In this document: piece after piece, positions 20,904-30,004 of the stretch | How positions within the stretch are numbered: position 1 is the stretch's first letter | Layout of the letters: each line of letters starts with the position of its first letter | Assembly: GCA_030615175.1 (NCBI GenBank) | Contig: JAUWZX010000001.1 | Span: 652,044 to 716,043, forward strand | Reading direction: 5' to 3' | Length of the DNA stretch: 64,000 nucleotides | DNA from: Candidatus Parvarchaeota archaeon | GTDB taxonomy: Archaea; Nanobdellota; Nanobdellia; WJKC01 | Program-made: the position numbers and the translations under genes | The notes under the pieces: generated by a model | The model's input: only the letters and a program-made list of their open reading frames with translations | Database searches by the model: none | Told to the model about the DNA's origin: nothing

Positions 20904-20996
20904 CGCATTCATTATAGTATAATGAATGGGAGAAGTAACACAGACCTAAGCGAGCAAGCCACTCATAAATGTTTCGTAGAGTTACTTAAGTATGAA

Positions 20997-21140
20997 TGCG
21001 GGGGACGTGATTTGAACACGCGCAGACACTAAGTCACAGGATGTCTCACCTTTATGCTGGTCTTAAGTATAGCACTCAAAGTCCAGTCATTATTCCTGGC
21101 TCTGAGTCCTGCCCCTTTGACCAGGCTCGGGCACCCCCGC
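20997..21140 (-). tRNA. tRNA-Leu(CAG) with a 58-nt intron at 37/38 (intron 21043-21100)
   Basis: Acceptor GCGGGGG/CCCCCGC-A; anticodon stem CAGGA/TCCTG; long variable arm; T-loop TTCAAAT; BHB with central helix CTCA/TGAG. Confidence 0.93.
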
Positions 21141-21196
21141 GTTAAGGAATAAAAAATAAGTAATGATATTAAAAAAGTTTTGGTTAAATCCCCTTG

Positions 21197-21982
21197 CTAC
21201 AAGAACATTCTCTCTGGATCATCACTGAACTTGCCCTTACTGTTAATAAAGGCTTCACGCTCCTTCTTTAAACTGTAAAAAGCAAAATACTTTCTTTTCT
21301 TATCCTCAAGAAAACCAGTTAATTCATCCTTCTTATCTGGAAATGAATTAATAATGCATGCTCTAAGCGGCTTCTCAATGAACTGGGGGTCAACTCTTTC
21401 AACATTAATGCATGATTCCAAATCCATTATTAACTTGGCAGAGTAATCATAGAAAGAGTAATACAATTTGACAGCTTCATGATTCATCCCGCCTAACTTC
21501 TTAAGCATGTTATTAAATAAAATAGCATAATAATTATTATCTATTTCATAATCCAATTCATTTTTTACTTCATTAAAGAGTTTATAATTCTTCTCCTCTA
21601 AATCAAAAAACTCTAATTTACCGCTGCGTTGCTGTTTAATCAAAAAATTTAAAAGAGTGTCATAAACAGAACATAATTCATCAAAAAGCAGAGACCTTAA
21701 ACAAACATTAAGATGCCTGTCACTAGTGTAATCAGTCAATGACTCATTAATGTAATCCCTGATTGAATCATCACTCATTATTTCAAAAAAGTTCTTACTA
21801 TCATTCCAGTTAACTAATCTTCTCATGCCAGCTATAAAACCCATCTTCCAGTAAAGCTGGTGAACGTCAGAGTAAATCTGATTAATTTCCTTGAAAGAAT
21901 CAGAATCATTCTTAACGCACTTCCTGACCTCCCTAATCAGCCGCCGGTAACCCCTAATGCATCTTTTTAATTCCTTAAACAT
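21197..21982 (-). CDS. Helical hypothetical protein, paralog of 30005..30814
   Basis: Shared blocks SFPDKKDELTGFLE / SFPEKSGELIKLLE and YFAFYS / YCKFYS; ends RMFL. Confidence 0.75.
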   Translation of the reverse strand: MFKELKRCIRGYRRLIREVRKCVKNDSDSFKEINQIYSDVHQLYWKMGFIAGMRRLVNWNDSKNFFEIMSDDSIRDYINESLTDYTSDRHLNVCLRSLLFDELCSVYDTLLNFLIKQQRSGKLEFFDLEEKNYKLFNEVKNELDYEIDNNYYAILFNNMLKKLGGMNHEAVKLYYSFYDYSAKLIMDLESCINVERVDPQFIEKPLRACIINSFPDKKDELTGFLEDKKRKYFAFYSLKKEREAFINSKGKFSDDPERMFL

Positions 21983-22107
21983 TAATAATTAATAGTGCAT
22001 CATAATATTTTAAGATTTATGCTGCTAAAAGCACCTGAATGAGGTACTATAAACATTATGTTATAACAGATAAATATTTTAAAGGAATTATAGGATAAAA
22101 TTCCGTG

Positions 22108-24135
22108 ATGCCTGAAAACATTATTAAATCAGATTTTATAGAAAGAAAGATTAATAGTTTGAAGAAGAAAAAATTCAAGAATGAGAACTCAAGAAAAACG
22201 GGTACAGTAATTTTATCCATACCTGCATTAGATGTAAAAAAAAATGACAGGGCGATTATCTCAGCAACTGATACAATGATATCCGGCAGTTTTGGTCCGC
22301 AGGACTATAATTACCGGAAAGTATATTTCTTAAACCCGTACACAAGCATTCTGACAACAGGCGATTGCATGTACATAGATTACATAGCAGTCACGGCAAA
22401 TTACTTATCAAGGTATATTCAATCAATAAATCAGTTTGAAAAAGGAATCAATAATCCTGAAGCAAGCCCTAAACTGGATGACTTCATAAGATGGATTCAT
22501 GAACTCATGTCATACGAAGAGGATAAAGGAGGAGTATTCATATTAAATGGTCAGTACAGGAATGGTAAAATGGACACGCTAAAAATAGACTGGGATGCAT
22601 TAATTGACTACATGGAAACTGACATGGAAGGACAGAATCAGGGAGAAGTCGGTGATTACCCGGTAAAGTACCCGGCAAGTGGTTGCGGGCAGGGGGAAGC
22701 ACTGCCAGTGCTGAATTACAACTTCGCATTAGAGGATAATGCTTACAATAAGATACCGCAAAAAAATGTAAGCAAGGCAAAAGCAAAATTAACAGCCCTG
22801 CTGTCCGTTTTTAGCGCTTTTAACTCGCAGCAGCATGCAACGGCTTTCGTTGGAGGGCATGGAGTGCTCAGTTCAATGGAGCATGGTAAGAGCTCGTCAC
22901 CAGACATAGGTTACTCAATACATGATGGCAGAAAATTATCATCACTAAAGGGATTGCAATTATTCCTGCAGGAAAGATACACAAGAGGTAATAGAACAGG
23001 GGATGTGGAGGAATTATTTGAATTAAAAGCTGATGATGATACGATAGATAAGAAAATTGAAGAAAAAATAGAGGAAACAATACTGGAATATGAAAATCAC
23101 AAGCACAAGTATGATATCAGGGACACGCTAATCTCTGTTGGCAGTTATAATAAAAACCTGGCAATATCAAGATGGAAGAAGCCTGATGAGATAAGAATAA
23201 ATGATGACGCAAGCGAGAGGACGTTGAAAACACTGAATAACTTGTACAAGAACATTAAAATTGATGAGATTAACCTTGAAGAAATAGATATTGGCACAGA
23301 ACCGCAAACAGAATTGGGGACTGCAATACAATTATATGAAGACGCGGTTGAAGAATTTAATAACATGATAATTGCTTACAAAGCAAAATGCAAGGCAGAC
23401 CCTGACGAAAAGGGATTCTATAAGGGCAAAAAATCATTTGACGGCGTAGTAATACTAAGATACTTATCACCCGCAGAGTTAAAATTCAAAGAGCATATTG
23501 GAGCAGTAGAATTAATTGATAAATCAAAAGCAGGATTCACTTCAATAGCAAGCGACGGGGGATTAATATCAAGGCAGTTAGAAAGGGATTTATACATGAG
23601 TTTCATAAATGAGTTATCAGACCATGAAGAAAGCAATCTTGAATCAATCATAGGTGACGCGTATGAATTCCCAATAAAACAAATTTTCTTTATTGACAGC
23701 GCTAAGTTCGAGAACAGGTACAATGTTGCGGGTTTTGAAGCAATAGGAGTGAAAGTAGGAGAAAATTCATCAGACATAATAAAAATGGACTTGCAGGGAT
23801 TATCAGAACAGGAAGATATTAAAGTAGCAGGACCAGTAAGTAACTGGTATATTGCAGAAGAATACTTAAAAGCACTGCCAAAAAAAGCATTTAATGAAGA
23901 TGTATGTTATCATTCAGGAATCATGGCATTATACACAGCCTTATGCAATAATATTGAAGCGGACGGGGACTTGGAAACAATAAAAAAAGAGAAGAAGATG
24001 ATTCTTGAAGACATGAAAAAGAAAGTAGAGATAGTGCATTTAACGTATCAAAGAGATACTTATAACTCTAAACTGAGTCAGGGAAGAATCAGCAACATCA
24101 TAGGCAACATAATTGGCATTGAAGAGCTGGGGTGA
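22108..24135 (+). CDS. Putative proteasome beta-like plus alpha-like (double Ntn-hydrolase) fusion protein
   Basis: N-terminal half: RKTG|TV, SATD, RKV, TTGD, ASGCG. C-terminal half: YKAK..DGVVIL, IDKSKAGFTSIASDG, IGV..IIKMDLQG..KVAG. Confidence 0.65.
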   Translation: MPENIIKSDFIERKINSLKKKKFKNENSRKTGTVILSIPALDVKKNDRAIISATDTMISGSFGPQDYNYRKVYFLNPYTSILTTGDCMYIDYIAVTANYLSRYIQSINQFEKGINNPEASPKLDDFIRWIHELMSYEEDKGGVFILNGQYRNGKMDTLKIDWDALIDYMETDMEGQNQGEVGDYPVKYPASGCGQGEALPVLNYNFALEDNAYNKIPQKNVSKAKAKLTALLSVFSAFNSQQHATAFVGGHGVLSSMEHGKSSSPDIGYSIHDGRKLSSLKGLQLFLQERYTRGNRTGDVEELFELKADDDTIDKKIEEKIEETILEYENHKHKYDIRDTLISVGSYNKNLAISRWKKPDEIRINDDASERTLKTLNNLYKNIKIDEINLEEIDIGTEPQTELGTAIQLYEDAVEEFNNMIIAYKAKCKADPDEKGFYKGKKSFDGVVILRYLSPAELKFKEHIGAVELIDKSKAGFTSIASDGGLISRQLERDLYMSFINELSDHEESNLESIIGDAYEFPIKQIFFIDSAKFENRYNVAGFEAIGVKVGENSSDIIKMDLQGLSEQEDIKVAGPVSNWYIAEEYLKALPKKAFNEDVCYHSGIMALYTALCNNIEADGDLETIKKEKKMILEDMKKKVEIVHLTYQRDTYNSKLSQGRISNIIGNIIGIEELG

Positions 24136-24145
24136 TTATTAAATC

Positions 24146-26272
24146 ATGAAACAAGAATTAGAAGACATACTTAATATGGCCAGGAAGAAGCTGAAGGATT
24201 CAATAAGCATATTTGACGAAATACACTCTTATTCAAAATCAAATGGTGAAGATGAAGACCAGGCAAGAGCCTTCGCCTCATACATTATAGAATCTAAAAT
24301 AACTGAATCAGACACGTTATTAAGATTATTTGCAATAATTAATGGTTATAAGAGAGATGACCAGAAAGTTTTTTTCAGGGCAAACAATTGCATTAGTTAC
24401 TTATCAGACGTCCTTGAATTAATTGATTCAACATACCCTGTAATAAAGGAAATACACGGGAACAGGGGAAGAATAATGAATCGGGTAAAAAAAGAAATGA
24501 GTTTAGAAGAATTTAATGATGAAGTATTCAAGGAGTACAAATCATGGAATGAAGTTAATAAAGACATAAATAATTTAGGCAACACTCACACAAAAGTTGC
24601 AGCATTATACATTCTTGACTTCATTAAATTCATGGACTTCTTCGTGGAGAATTATGAAAAAGTAATATTTGATGAATCAGAATTTGAACAAGCAGACGCA
24701 TTGTTTGAATACATAGCGAATACGGTTACTGTGCTGAAAATTAAGAGAGGAGATAAAATGTTTTATAAAAAATACGGTATAGTGCCTAACAAGGATATCA
24801 GGATACAAAAATTAAGGAATATGTTAAGGAATGTGAAAATCACGGGATTCAAAACAGCTAAGAAAACAATTATTGATGATGATGGTTCAAAAATTATTAT
24901 GGATATAGATAATGCATGGGATTTTTTAAAAGATAAACTTATAGGTCGTTACAAGCACTCGCAGAATGAATTCTTTATTTCAGATATTAATCTTGTTCAA
25001 GAAACATTAAGCATTCTTGGAGACAGGACGACAGGACTCAGCAATGAAATAGAACTGAATTTAAAAACGGGAAATAAAAGTATTCTGGAAGATTTTAATG
25101 ATAAATACAGTAAAATAAAGTTAAGCGGGGAAGTAATTGAGGGGGATAATATAATTAACAGCTGGTATTTCGAACTGCACAGTGGTTTATACATGCTGCA
25201 TAAATCCTTATATCACATTTTCCTTGGCAGAGGAGAGGATAGAAGAGGTGACTTTGGATTGCCTGAAATGAATGAAGAGGAAGAAAAGGACAGGATGAAC
25301 AAGGAGTTAATAATCAGATTAGCAAAGAATTATGCAATTACTTCTTTAGATGATTACATTAAAACAAATGAGGTTTTTGACAGGATTACAAGGCAAATGT
25401 TAAATAATGAATTAAGGATACCTGTAGAATTCACTGAGGATAAATTAAAAATAATGATTGAAATACACTCAAAAATTGATGATTACTTAAGGGAATTAAA
25501 AGAAGGTCTTGAAAGCACTGAAGAAACAGAAGAGCCGGGGCAATGCCTGCTTAAACCACTTGTTTGTGCTAATGGTTTATCATTACTCTTATTAACGAAC
25601 ACGGAAACTTATATTGATAGATGGAATGACCTGCTGAATCATGTGGAAGCAAACTTCTCTAAAGAAATTACTTGGGCAACTGCGCAGGGAGCGGAAATGA
25701 CCATAGACACCTTAATAAATAAGGATTACAGAATACCATTAAAGCATAGGGGTATGGAAAAGTTCACTGACTTATTCATAATAAATGAAATCACTTATGA
25801 TACTTCAGATATAACAACAATAACAGGCAATATAGAAGATGGCATAAAAGAGTATGACAGTAAGAAAAGAATATATGACCAGTCAAAAAAGTATATGAAG
25901 AAAATTAAAAAATTATTATACCAGAGACTTTTGAAAACTGAACAGGAAATAAATGATTATTATGACATAGGAATAGAAATACTAAAAGGACTGCTTGAAT
26001 TTCAAGCTAAAATAAATGAAATAGAAGTTCCAATGATTTTAGAGCCGGGAAACCCTAATGAAAGATTTAATAATATTATAGAATGCATTCCAAGCTTGAA
26101 TTATGAGAATGATTATTTAAATGAGTGGAGCGGGCTCTTAGAGTCAGCGGCAAGCATAACTTCTGGGAAAAACTTATTTTATTATAAGGAGAAAATAAAA
26201 GGCATAAAAGCTCCTCTGGCAGGGCAAAAAAAATTAAAATTAAAGTATGCTTACAGGAATAAATTAGATTAA
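24146..26272 (+). CDS. Large helical protein of unknown function (708 aa)
   Basis: Long ORF 10 bp downstream of the Ntn fusion with a GGTGA RBS; no recognisable motif. Confidence 0.8.
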   Translation: MKQELEDILNMARKKLKDSISIFDEIHSYSKSNGEDEDQARAFASYIIESKITESDTLLRLFAIINGYKRDDQKVFFRANNCISYLSDVLELIDSTYPVIKEIHGNRGRIMNRVKKEMSLEEFNDEVFKEYKSWNEVNKDINNLGNTHTKVAALYILDFIKFMDFFVENYEKVIFDESEFEQADALFEYIANTVTVLKIKRGDKMFYKKYGIVPNKDIRIQKLRNMLRNVKITGFKTAKKTIIDDDGSKIIMDIDNAWDFLKDKLIGRYKHSQNEFFISDINLVQETLSILGDRTTGLSNEIELNLKTGNKSILEDFNDKYSKIKLSGEVIEGDNIINSWYFELHSGLYMLHKSLYHIFLGRGEDRRGDFGLPEMNEEEEKDRMNKELIIRLAKNYAITSLDDYIKTNEVFDRITRQMLNNELRIPVEFTEDKLKIMIEIHSKIDDYLRELKEGLESTEETEEPGQCLLKPLVCANGLSLLLLTNTETYIDRWNDLLNHVEANFSKEITWATAQGAEMTIDTLINKDYRIPLKHRGMEKFTDLFIINEITYDTSDITTITGNIEDGIKEYDSKKRIYDQSKKYMKKIKKLLYQRLLKTEQEINDYYDIGIEILKGLLEFQAKINEIEVPMILEPGNPNERFNNIIECIPSLNYENDYLNEWSGLLESAASITSGKNLFYYKEKIKGIKAPLAGQKKLKLKYAYRNKLD

Positions 26273-26335
26273 TAAGTATACTCACAGGAATAAATTAGAT
26301 TAATAAGTATACTTAAAGAAAGAAATTAGATTAAT
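26243..26335 (+). repeat. Tandem repeat, 3 x 31 bp (AAGTATRCTYAMAGRAAKAAATTAGATTAAT)
   Basis: Units at 26243, 26274 and 26305; the first contains the stop codon of 24146..26272. Confidence 0.9.
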
Positions 26336-26342
26336 TCTCTTA

Positions 26343-27113
26343 CTATAAGGCCTTGCTGAACTCGTCAACCTTGGCTTTTAATGCTTGAAGACCTAGTTTC
26401 ACGAGTGCTTTAGGATTATGCTGTCCCCAGGATTCAATGCTGAAAATGAATTTAGAGTCGTCACCTTTAACTCTTAACGCATCTTTAGGGCATGCTTCAA
26501 CGCATGCAAGGCATAAATCGCAGGCATCTAAATCCTTAATTAATAACTTCCTGTTCTTGAATTCGAAAACCTTTTTAGGGCATACACTCACTGCTTTAAG
26601 GCAGTTCTTCAAAACATTAATCTGAGGGTAGTACCTGTAAGTTGCTGCACATGGAGTCCACTTCGCATGCTCCTTGCCGAATCCTAATTCAGCAATTGCT
26701 TCAATCTTAATGGACTGGTTTTCGAATAATTTAATGACAGGCAGGTCATTAATTGCTGGCACTACTTTATGGTCGCTTGACTTTAAGTCACTGGAGTAAA
26801 CAGTGCATGGACCTGTTTTGTCAAGAGTTAATTTGACAGTGCATTTAGGGCAGCCCTTCCTGCACTTGCATTTGCTTCTTAAATTATAATTCTTTAAGTC
26901 CGTTTTTAATGGGATGAGTCCAAACCTTAAAGCAATTACTTCATCATATAATGCACTGTTATTAGCGCTGATGTTAACTTCCTCAATAGCCATTACTGGT
27001 ACTTCAGCAATCATCGCCCTTCTTAAACTGTTAGCGAATTCAAAGTAAGAATTGCTTAATATGAATTTAAGCCTTAAAGGACTGTCCGTTTTCAAGTATT
27101 TAATTTTCATCAT
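26343..27113 (-). CDS. rpoD: DNA-directed RNA polymerase subunit D (Rpo3) with Fe-S domain
   Basis: [44 protein letters not shown]. Confidence 0.97.
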   Translation of the reverse strand: MMKIKYLKTDSPLRLKFILSNSYFEFANSLRRAMIAEVPVMAIEEVNISANNSALYDEVIALRFGLIPLKTDLKNYNLRSKCKCRKGCPKCTVKLTLDKTGPCTVYSSDLKSSDHKVVPAINDLPVIKLFENQSIKIEAIAELGFGKEHAKWTPCAATYRYYPQINVLKNCLKAVSVCPKKVFEFKNRKLLIKDLDACDLCLACVEACPKDALRVKGDDSKFIFSIESWGQHNPKALVKLGLQALKAKVDEFSKAL

Positions 27114-27514
27114 ACTCTTCTCCCCCTCCTGCCGCCTTTCTTCTTAGTGCCATCCTCAGGTATTGGAGTCACATCCTCTATTAAACCAATCCTTAAGCCA
27201 GACCTGGTTAATGCCCTGATAGCTGCTTGAGCGCCCGGTCCCTGATACTTCTGCTTATTGCCTCCTGGAGCCCTGATTTTTATGTGAACAGCGTTAATGC
27301 CTGCATTTCTTGCTTCAAGCGCTGCCTTCTTAGCAGCCATCATTGCTGCTGCAGGGCTTGATTCAAGTCTGTCAGCCTTAACTACTTGTCCTCCTGAACT
27401 CCTGCTAATAGTTTCAGCGCCTGAAATATCAGTTATGTGAATAATAGTGTTGTTATGACTGCTGTAAATATGAGCTAAACCCCACTTTAAATTATTTTTT
27501 TTCCTTTCTGCCAA
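27110..27514 (-). CDS. rps11: 30S ribosomal protein S11
   Basis: [35 protein letters not shown]; start placed at TTG after a GGAGGTG RBS. Confidence 0.97.
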   Translation of the reverse strand: MAERKKNNLKWGLAHIYSSHNNTIIHITDISGAETISRSSGGQVVKADRLESSPAAAMMAAKKAALEARNAGINAVHIKIRAPGGNKQKYQGPGAQAAIRALTRSGLRIGLIEDVTPIPEDGTKKKGGRRGRRV

Positions 27515-28004
27515 CCTTAACACCTCCGCTCCTGCCAAGTTTGAATTTTTTAATGCTTATCTCTTTCTCCTCTTTAATCATTAATAACTTGCTCGGACTC
27601 GTGACTTTCCTGCCTGAAACGAATACATGTCCATGAGTGATTAACTGCCTTGCCTGCTTAACCGTGTTAGCATATCCTTTCTTGTACACTAGTGTTTGAA
27701 GTCTTCTGCCAGACACGTCATTAATCATTAAACCGAGCACTGCATCAACAGTTGCGCCTTCATTTATGAGTCCTAACCTAATTAGTTTCGCGAGTAATTC
27801 ATTCTTCTCCTTTTCCTGCTGCTTTGTCCTGATATTCACCAGTCTTTTCGCAATGTCCCTGTACTTCTTTACAATTGCCTGCATCTTCCAAATCTCGCGC
27901 TTATTCTTGTAAGCGAATTCTTCAATTAATGCTTTCTCCGCTAATATCCTCTGCTTTTCCCATGGATGCACTGGCTTCCTGTACTTCTTCCTGAAACGTA
28001 TCAT
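27492..28004 (-). CDS. rps4: 30S ribosomal protein S4
   Basis: [27 protein letters not shown]. Confidence 0.97.
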   Translation of the reverse strand: MIRFRKKYRKPVHPWEKQRILAEKALIEEFAYKNKREIWKMQAIVKKYRDIAKRLVNIRTKQQEKEKNELLAKLIRLGLINEGATVDAVLGLMINDVSGRRLQTLVYKKGYANTVKQARQLITHGHVFVSGRKVTSPSKLLMIKEEKEISIKKFKLGRSGGVKVGRKEKK

Positions 28005-28006
28005 AA

Positions 28007-28465
28007 TTAATTACCTTTTTTGCCTTTTCTTCTCTTAACACCTAAAGCCCTTCCCTTCCTTGGATGAGCCCTGGTTCTCTGTCCTCTAACTTTTAATCCT
28101 ACTCCATGCCTGAAACCCTTGTATGACCTTGTTGCCTGCATTCTCTTAATATCCTCTCTTACTTGCAGTCCAATGTTAACGCCTATTAAGTGCTTGTCTT
28201 CTCCTGTCATTAAGTCCTTGCGCCTGTTATAAAGCCATGATGGAATCCCATGCTTTGATGGGTTTTCAAGAATATCCTTTATTTTATTTAATTGAACTTC
28301 ACTTAACGCGCCTAACTGCTCGTCAGGGTTTAATTTTAAGGCATTAATAATGGCATTATTTAACATGAAACTAACGCCTTTAATCTTAGTCAGGGCTATG
28401 CACAGTTTCTTATCTCCTTTTAAGTCAACTTTTGCAATCCTGACTATTTTCTTAATTTCAGCCAT
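28007..28465 (-). CDS. rps13: 30S ribosomal protein S13
   Basis: ALTKIKGV, IPSWLYNRRKD, GLKVRGQRTR. Confidence 0.97.
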   Translation of the reverse strand: MAEIKKIVRIAKVDLKGDKKLCIALTKIKGVSFMLNNAIINALKLNPDEQLGALSEVQLNKIKDILENPSKHGIPSWLYNRRKDLMTGEDKHLIGVNIGLQVREDIKRMQATRSYKGFRHGVGLKVRGQRTRAHPRKGRALGVKRRKGKKGN

Positions 28466-28493
28466 TAATAAGGAAAGAATTGAGTAAGGTTTT

Positions 28494-29948
28494 TTAAACC
28501 TTTCGAAAAACAGTCTTCTTAATTAGTAATTTATAAGAACCGCTTCCTTCGTCAATTACTTCAGATTCCTTTATTACAATTTTCTTCTTAAACCCTGGAG
28601 CATTAAGGACTAGTGTTTCGTACTCGCCTCCCTCGCCTGCAACGTTAAAGCCGGCATTATCGCGTAACTTGCATAACTCGTCAGCGTCTTCCTTAGTAAT
28701 CACTCTGCCAAGCCATGATGCATCCAATCCTTCTGCTGCAGTGCGCGTCATTATGAACTCGTAGCCATTGCTTAACAGGATTCTTAACTCTTCTTCCTGA
28801 TTCATATGCCATAAAGGGGAGAAAACTTTAAGCCCTAAATCCATGCAGACCCGCTTAATGCGCGTTACCTGATAATTAGAGTGTAATGCACCGTTAACTA
28901 TGCCTGAAATGCCATAATCCTTCTTTGCTCTCATTAAAGCTTTCTTTAAATCCTTTAATTCTCTTTCTTTAATGCCTTTAGAGTTCTGAAGAATAACGGG
29001 TAATTCAAGCGCTTCTGCTTGTAATTTAACGAGTTCAATGTTAGGCGTGTGGTACATGTAGGAGTCAGGATTCTCTGATTTAATCGTGATTAAACAGGAT
29101 ATTTCAAATCCTTTTTCCTTCATTAAGTCAAGCGCTAAGTTAGAGTCCTTGCCTGAACTGTAAAGCACTCCTAATTTCATTAATGACTTCAAGTACTCGC
29201 TCTTGTACTTAAAACCATTATTTTTGGCAATTCTTAGTATTGCCTTATCAGCATTACTTCCGTACTGCGCTGCCTTCTTGCGCCTTAAAGCAAATTCTTT
29301 GCTAACCCCTAACTTCATTGCTGCTTCCCTGAATACTGCTTTCTTAAGTCCATTCTTAATCTTTAATTTATCAGGAATCCTCATGCCTGTCTTAATTAAT
29401 TCCAAGTCAAGGTAAGGCTTTATTAATTTAATGCCAAAGCACTGAGCAACTGCGTCATCCCTTAATGCTTCCTTGCTTAAGTTAGCAATGCCTTTGTTTA
29501 ATTCACTCTTCAAGTCACTGGCTTTTAAGTGGCGGTGGTAACCGGCGAACACGTCCTCAACACCAATGCCAATTAATACTTGTTTAATCATTAATTTCTC
29601 TGCAGTCCTGAGCGACGGGTAAAGCGTTAATGCAATGCCAGCGTCCACAACGTTAGGACCAATTAGTGACACAACCTCTTTTAAATCCTTCTCCGCCTGT
29701 TTTAAGGAAACATTTGTCACCACTAACTTGAATCCGTACTCCTGAGCAGCCTTTCTTGCCCACGCTAAGTCAGGCGATTCCATGCCAGCTCTAAAATTAG
29801 TTGTGAAACAAGTGAATTCCATGCCTGCCTGCCTGCATAAGTAAGCGAGGAGTAATGAATCAATGCCTCCGGAGAATAAAATGCCGAAGTAACTTCTTGG
29901 CAGATGCTTTAACACTGCTTTTTTAATAACTTCGCTTAACTCATTCAT
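28494..29948 (-). CDS. Asparagine synthase C-terminal-like domain fused to diphthine-ammonia ligase (Dph6)
   Basis: FSGGIDS and KKAAQYGS in the N-terminal half; YSSGKDS, SYMYH, SPLW, GEGGEYET in the C-terminal half. Confidence 0.9.
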   Translation of the reverse strand: MNELSEVIKKAVLKHLPRSYFGILFSGGIDSLLLAYLCRQAGMEFTCFTTNFRAGMESPDLAWARKAAQEYGFKLVVTNVSLKQAEKDLKEVVSLIGPNVVDAGIALTLYPSLRTAEKLMIKQVLIGIGVEDVFAGYHRHLKASDLKSELNKGIANLSKEALRDDAVAQCFGIKLIKPYLDLELIKTGMRIPDKLKIKNGLKKAVFREAAMKLGVSKEFALRRKKAAQYGSNADKAILRIAKNNGFKYKSEYLKSLMKLGVLYSSGKDSNLALDLMKEKGFEISCLITIKSENPDSYMYHTPNIELVKLQAEALELPVILQNSKGIKERELKDLKKALMRAKKDYGISGIVNGALHSNYQVTRIKRVCMDLGLKVFSPLWHMNQEEELRILLSNGYEFIMTRTAAEGLDASWLGRVITKEDADELCKLRDNAGFNVAGEGGEYETLVLNAPGFKKKIVIKESEVIDEGSGSYKLLIKKTVFRKV

Positions 29949-30004
29949 ACTTATTACTATTAAGTTAAACTTTGCTTTATAAATCTTCTAAAAGGGAATT
30001 GGGA

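Larger units (their letters stand above)
19448..21009. mobile_element. Integrase-less mini-island at the tRNA-Leu 3' end, bounded by an imperfect 18-bp direct repeat
   Basis: ATGAGTGTGGGGGACGTG (19448-19465) vs ATGAATGCGGGGGACGTG (20992-21009), 16/18 identical. Confidence 0.6.

Noticed and set aside
26243..26335. CRISPR array
   Set aside because: The 31-bp units are directly adjacent with no spacers, and no cas genes are in the window.
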